Below, piece after piece: positions 61,204 to 64,000 of a stretch of 64,000 bases of DNA (positions are counted from its first letter, which is position 1; each line of letters begins with the position of its first letter). This stretch comes from Candidatus Multivoradales bacterium (GTDB taxonomy: Bacteria > Acidobacteriota > Thermoanaerobaculia > Multivoradales > JAHEKO01): the NCBI GenBank assembly GCA_965223855.1, contig CBDCXM010000009.1, positions 3,104,001 through 3,168,000 on the forward strand. The letters are read 5' to 3'. The notes under the pieces were generated by a model. It worked only from the letters and a program-made list of their open reading frames with translations. It was not told the DNA's origin and did not search any database. Made by a program: the position numbers and the translations under genes.

Positions 61204-62142
61204 ATGTCCCCCTCGATCGACGGCCTCCACCACGTCACCGCCATCGCCTCCGACCCGCAGCGCAACCTCGACTTCTACGTCGGCATCCTCGGCCTGCGAC
61301 TCGTCAAGCGGACCGTCAACTTCGACGATCCGTCGACCTATCACTTCTACTACGGTGACTCCCTCGGCCGGCCGGGCACGATCCTCACCTTCTTCCCCTG
61401 GCCGCTGGCGCGCCGCGGCACCCACGGCTCCGGTCAGACTACCGCGACCGCTCTCGCCGTCCCGAACGGCTCTCTCACCACGTGGCACCGACACCTAGTC
61501 GACCACGGCGTCGAAGTAGGAGAGACCTCTCGAGAGAAGCTCGAAGCCGCCGAGGGTCGGCTCACCCTGCGCGACCCGGACGGCATGACGCTCGAACTGC
61601 ACGCCGTGGCCTCTCCCGCCGAATCGCAGGCGGCCGAGGGCGCTCCGGCGATCGTCGGCCTCCACGGCGCCACCGTCACCCTCCAGGAGAGCGCCGAAAC
61701 CGAGCGACTTCTCTCGGAGGTCTTCGGTTTCGAACGCCGGGAAGGGGCGGGTCTCGTCCGCTACCGGTCGAGGCCCGACGCCGGACTCGCTGCGACGCTC
61801 GAGCTCCGGACCACGCCGGACCTACCCCCCGGCCGCATCTCGGCCGGCAGCGTGCACCACATCGCCTGGCGTGTGCCCGATCGCGAGGCGCTCGACGCCT
61901 GGCGCAGGCGAGTCACCGAAGCCGGGCTGTTTGCGACCGAAGTTCTCGACCGCCGCTACTTCGAGTCGATCTATTTCAGGGAACCTGGCGGAGTGCTGTT
62001 CGAGCTCGCCACCGAGGGCCCGGGCTTCGATCGCGACGAGGCGCCGGCCGAGCTCGGCCGGGCGCTGCAACTGCCGCCGTGGCTCGAAGAGCGGCGATCG
62101 GAGATCGAGCGGCGCCTGCCGGAGATCCGACTACCAGGGTAG
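61204..62142 (+). CDS. Ring-cleaving dioxygenase (MhqO-like VOC family)
   Basis: GLHHVTAI, LVKRTVNFDDP..YHFYYG, VHHIAW, DRRYFESIYFREPGGVLFELAT. Confidence 0.92.
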   Translation: MSPSIDGLHHVTAIASDPQRNLDFYVGILGLRLVKRTVNFDDPSTYHFYYGDSLGRPGTILTFFPWPLARRGTHGSGQTTATALAVPNGSLTTWHRHLVDHGVEVGETSREKLEAAEGRLTLRDPDGMTLELHAVASPAESQAAEGAPAIVGLHGATVTLQESAETERLLSEVFGFERREGAGLVRYRSRPDAGLAATLELRTTPDLPPGRISAGSVHHIAWRVPDREALDAWRRRVTEAGLFATEVLDRRYFESIYFREPGGVLFELATEGPGFDRDEAPAELGRALQLPPWLEERRSEIERRLPEIRLPG

Positions 62143-62177
62143 CCGCCACCCTCGGTGACGCCGGAAAGGACGCCGAC

Positions 62178-62879
62178 TCAGGGAACCGTCGCCGACCACG
62201 CCGAGGAGTCTCCGCTCTCGAAGCCGTCGGCGAAGATCGTCGTCAGAGGACGGATCTGCACCGCGTTGAGAGCCGCTCCGAGACCGGCGTTCGCACCCGG
62301 GACGATTCCGGAGTGCAGGTTGAGGATGCCGTCCGCCTGCACGAGAGCAAGGTGGCGGGAGTACGTGACGAGCTCCTCGTGCATGCCGCCCCAGGGGCCG
62401 CCGACGATGTAATGCGGCAGCCCCGGTTCCTGATCGGCGACCGTGTAGCTGAAGACGGTCGGTTGGCTCGGCATCCAGCCGTAGATCAGGACCTCGTACG
62501 GCCCCGGCTCCAGGTTCTCGAAGAAGAGGCAGGTCTCGACGGCCGCCGAGAACGTGACCAGATAGTCGTCCAGCAGCAGCCCGTCCTCCCCGAGCGTGCC
62601 GGGATCATCCACCGTCCGGTTGTCGGTGCCGCCCAGTTGCCGCACGCTGACGTCGGTCACCACGCCGTCGACGTCGAGCAGGTCGGTCGTCGTCGAGCCG
62701 TGCGGTGCCAGCAGCCCGATCCACACTCCGGCCCGTCCCGCGGCGGCATAGTGGGCCGGAGGGACTTCGTCGGCAGGGCCGAAATCGATGTTGAACGCCT
62801 GCCCCTGAACGACCGCAGCCGTGAGCGCACCCAGAAACCCGATCGCCAGGGTCCGTCGACCTTTCCGTAGTTGGGACAT
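62178..62879 (-). CDS. Secreted hypothetical protein with C-terminal IFADGFESGD motif
   Basis: Signal peptide, FNIDFGP start of a beta-rich domain, ends IFADGFESGDSSAWSATVP. Confidence 0.72.
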   Translation of the reverse strand: MSQLRKGRRTLAIGFLGALTAAVVQGQAFNIDFGPADEVPPAHYAAAGRAGVWIGLLAPHGSTTTDLLDVDGVVTDVSVRQLGGTDNRTVDDPGTLGEDGLLLDDYLVTFSAAVETCLFFENLEPGPYEVLIYGWMPSQPTVFSYTVADQEPGLPHYIVGGPWGGMHEELVTYSRHLALVQADGILNLHSGIVPGANAGLGAALNAVQIRPLTTIFADGFESGDSSAWSATVP

Positions 62880-62914
62880 CGAGTCCAATGATAGCCGCCG
62901 CGGACCGGCCGGCG

Positions 62915-64000
62915 TCAGGGTGCCCCGGACGCGCCGCTCTCGCCACCCGGATTCCCGACGAGCTGTCTCGTCAGCACCGCCGCCATCCGGTCGGCCATGA
63001 GGCGCTGGCCGAACGAGGTCAGGTGCACCTTGTCCCACCACAGCAGGCCGAGTTGCTGCCGCCCGGCGAGATAGGAGTGCATCGCCACGACCGGTACGTC
63101 GTAGGTCTCTGCGATCGCCCGCATCTCGCGATGGCGGGCTCCGAGTCCGCGGTCCGCCGCCATCGGTGAATTCGCTTCCTGCACCAGCACGACCCGGGCT
63201 CCGCGACCGAGACTGCGCGAAACCATGCGCTGCAACGGCTCATGGAAACTCGACTGCCGGTCGTTGCTCCCGAGGTTGATCACGATCATGTCGGGCCGGT
63301 AGGCGAAGAGGTGCTCTCCGAGAAGCGTCGCGACGTCCCACGCCTTGAACCCCGACACGCCGCCGTTCATGCATTCGACGTCGAGTCCGTGACGATCTCG
63401 TAAGAGGATCTCCGTCTGCCGCACCCAGGTGTCCCCCTCCGCGGCCGCTCCGGCTCCCCAGGTCTGCGAGCCGCCGACGAAGAGGACCTTCCACGGCCCC
63501 CCGTTACCACCCTCCTGCCTGAGAGGCCCCGTCGCGGCCACGTCCGAACCGCGCGGATCGACGCCGCCGGGAGGCGGGCCGTGGCGATCCAGCAGTTCTG
63601 CCAGAACCGCATCCTTCTCCCCCTTGCGGAAGTAGTCCTCCGCCTCGCGAAGGGCATCGTCGAGCCGCGGGTATCGGTACGCCCACCGATCGGCGAACGC
63701 GAAGGCGACGATCGAAACGAGCAGGAGCAGGAAGCTCCCGTAGATCGCCGCCAACCCTCGGCGCCGCGCCGAGGCTGGAGAGCCCAGCGCGAGCAGCAGG
63801 AGCGTCGGCAGAGCGACCCATGCGAGAAGCACTCCCGCGATTCGCTGCGTGCTCGAGGGCCCGTCGAACCCCTCGCGCCAGACCTCGCCGGCGTTGGCGA
63901 CTTCGACAGCTCTCACTCGCACCCTCCTGTGCCCTGAACGCAGCGCGACCGACACGCCTGCCGGGAGCGGTCCGCTTGCTTCGTAGGCCACGGCACCGTC
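62915..64000 (-). CDS. Membrane-anchored SGNH/GDSL hydrolase, 5'-truncated by window edge
   Basis: GGSQTWG (block I), NGGVSG, GSND, DKVH; TM segments upstream. Confidence 0.85.
   Translation of the reverse strand, partial: DGAVAYEASGPLPAGVSVALRSGHRRVRVRAVEVANAGEVWREGFDGPSSTQRIAGVLLAWVALPTLLLLALGSPASARRRGLAAIYGSFLLLLVSIVAFAFADRWAYRYPRLDDALREAEDYFRKGEKDAVLAELLDRHGPPPGGVDPRGSDVAATGPLRQEGGNGGPWKVLFVGGSQTWGAGAAAEGDTWVRQTEILLRDRHGLDVECMNGGVSGFKAWDVATLLGEHLFAYRPDMIVINLGSNDRQSSFHEPLQRMVSRSLGRGARVVLVQEANSPMAADRGLGARHREMRAIAETYDVPVVAMHSYLAGRQQLGLLWWDKVHLTSFGQRLMADRMAAVLTRQLVGNPGGESGASGAP

Overview
High-GC bacterial chromosome segment, most likely from an Acidobacteriota (Thermoanaerobaculia-like) organism. 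This is an inference from the fused LptF/G, the VWFA-type protein, the Oar-type TonB receptor and the IFADGFESGD C-terminal motif. Positions 1-18.8 kb are a co-oriented + strand housekeeping run: priA, accA, recJ, lptC/A-like, lptB, rpoN, hpf, ptsN, hprK, rapZ, EIIA, HPr, EI, miaB, DUF151 nuclease, parA, parB. Positions 18.8-21.2 kb are an accessory patch with a VOC gene, an array of degenerate ~155-bp repeats, an ankyrin gene and a 28-bp XerC/D dif-like site (21092-21119), so the window probably spans the replication terminus, with an intact parAB pair only ~2.3 kb away. Downstream are a sigma54-promoter-led beta-barrel/kinase/NtrC-type/FG-GAP operon, lptFG, ndh, metK, etfBA, tol-pal, rpsT, nusB-lptE, a sulfotransferase-like/atypical fold-IV PLP enzyme/decarboxylase trio, an M14 peptidase, a CAT-family gene, a TonB-dependent receptor, a SatD-membrane protein pair with tandem operators, and detoxification genes. 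Many genes look leaderless. No rRNA, tRNA, CRISPR or transposase was recognised. All calls are by-eye motif recognition; no searches were run.
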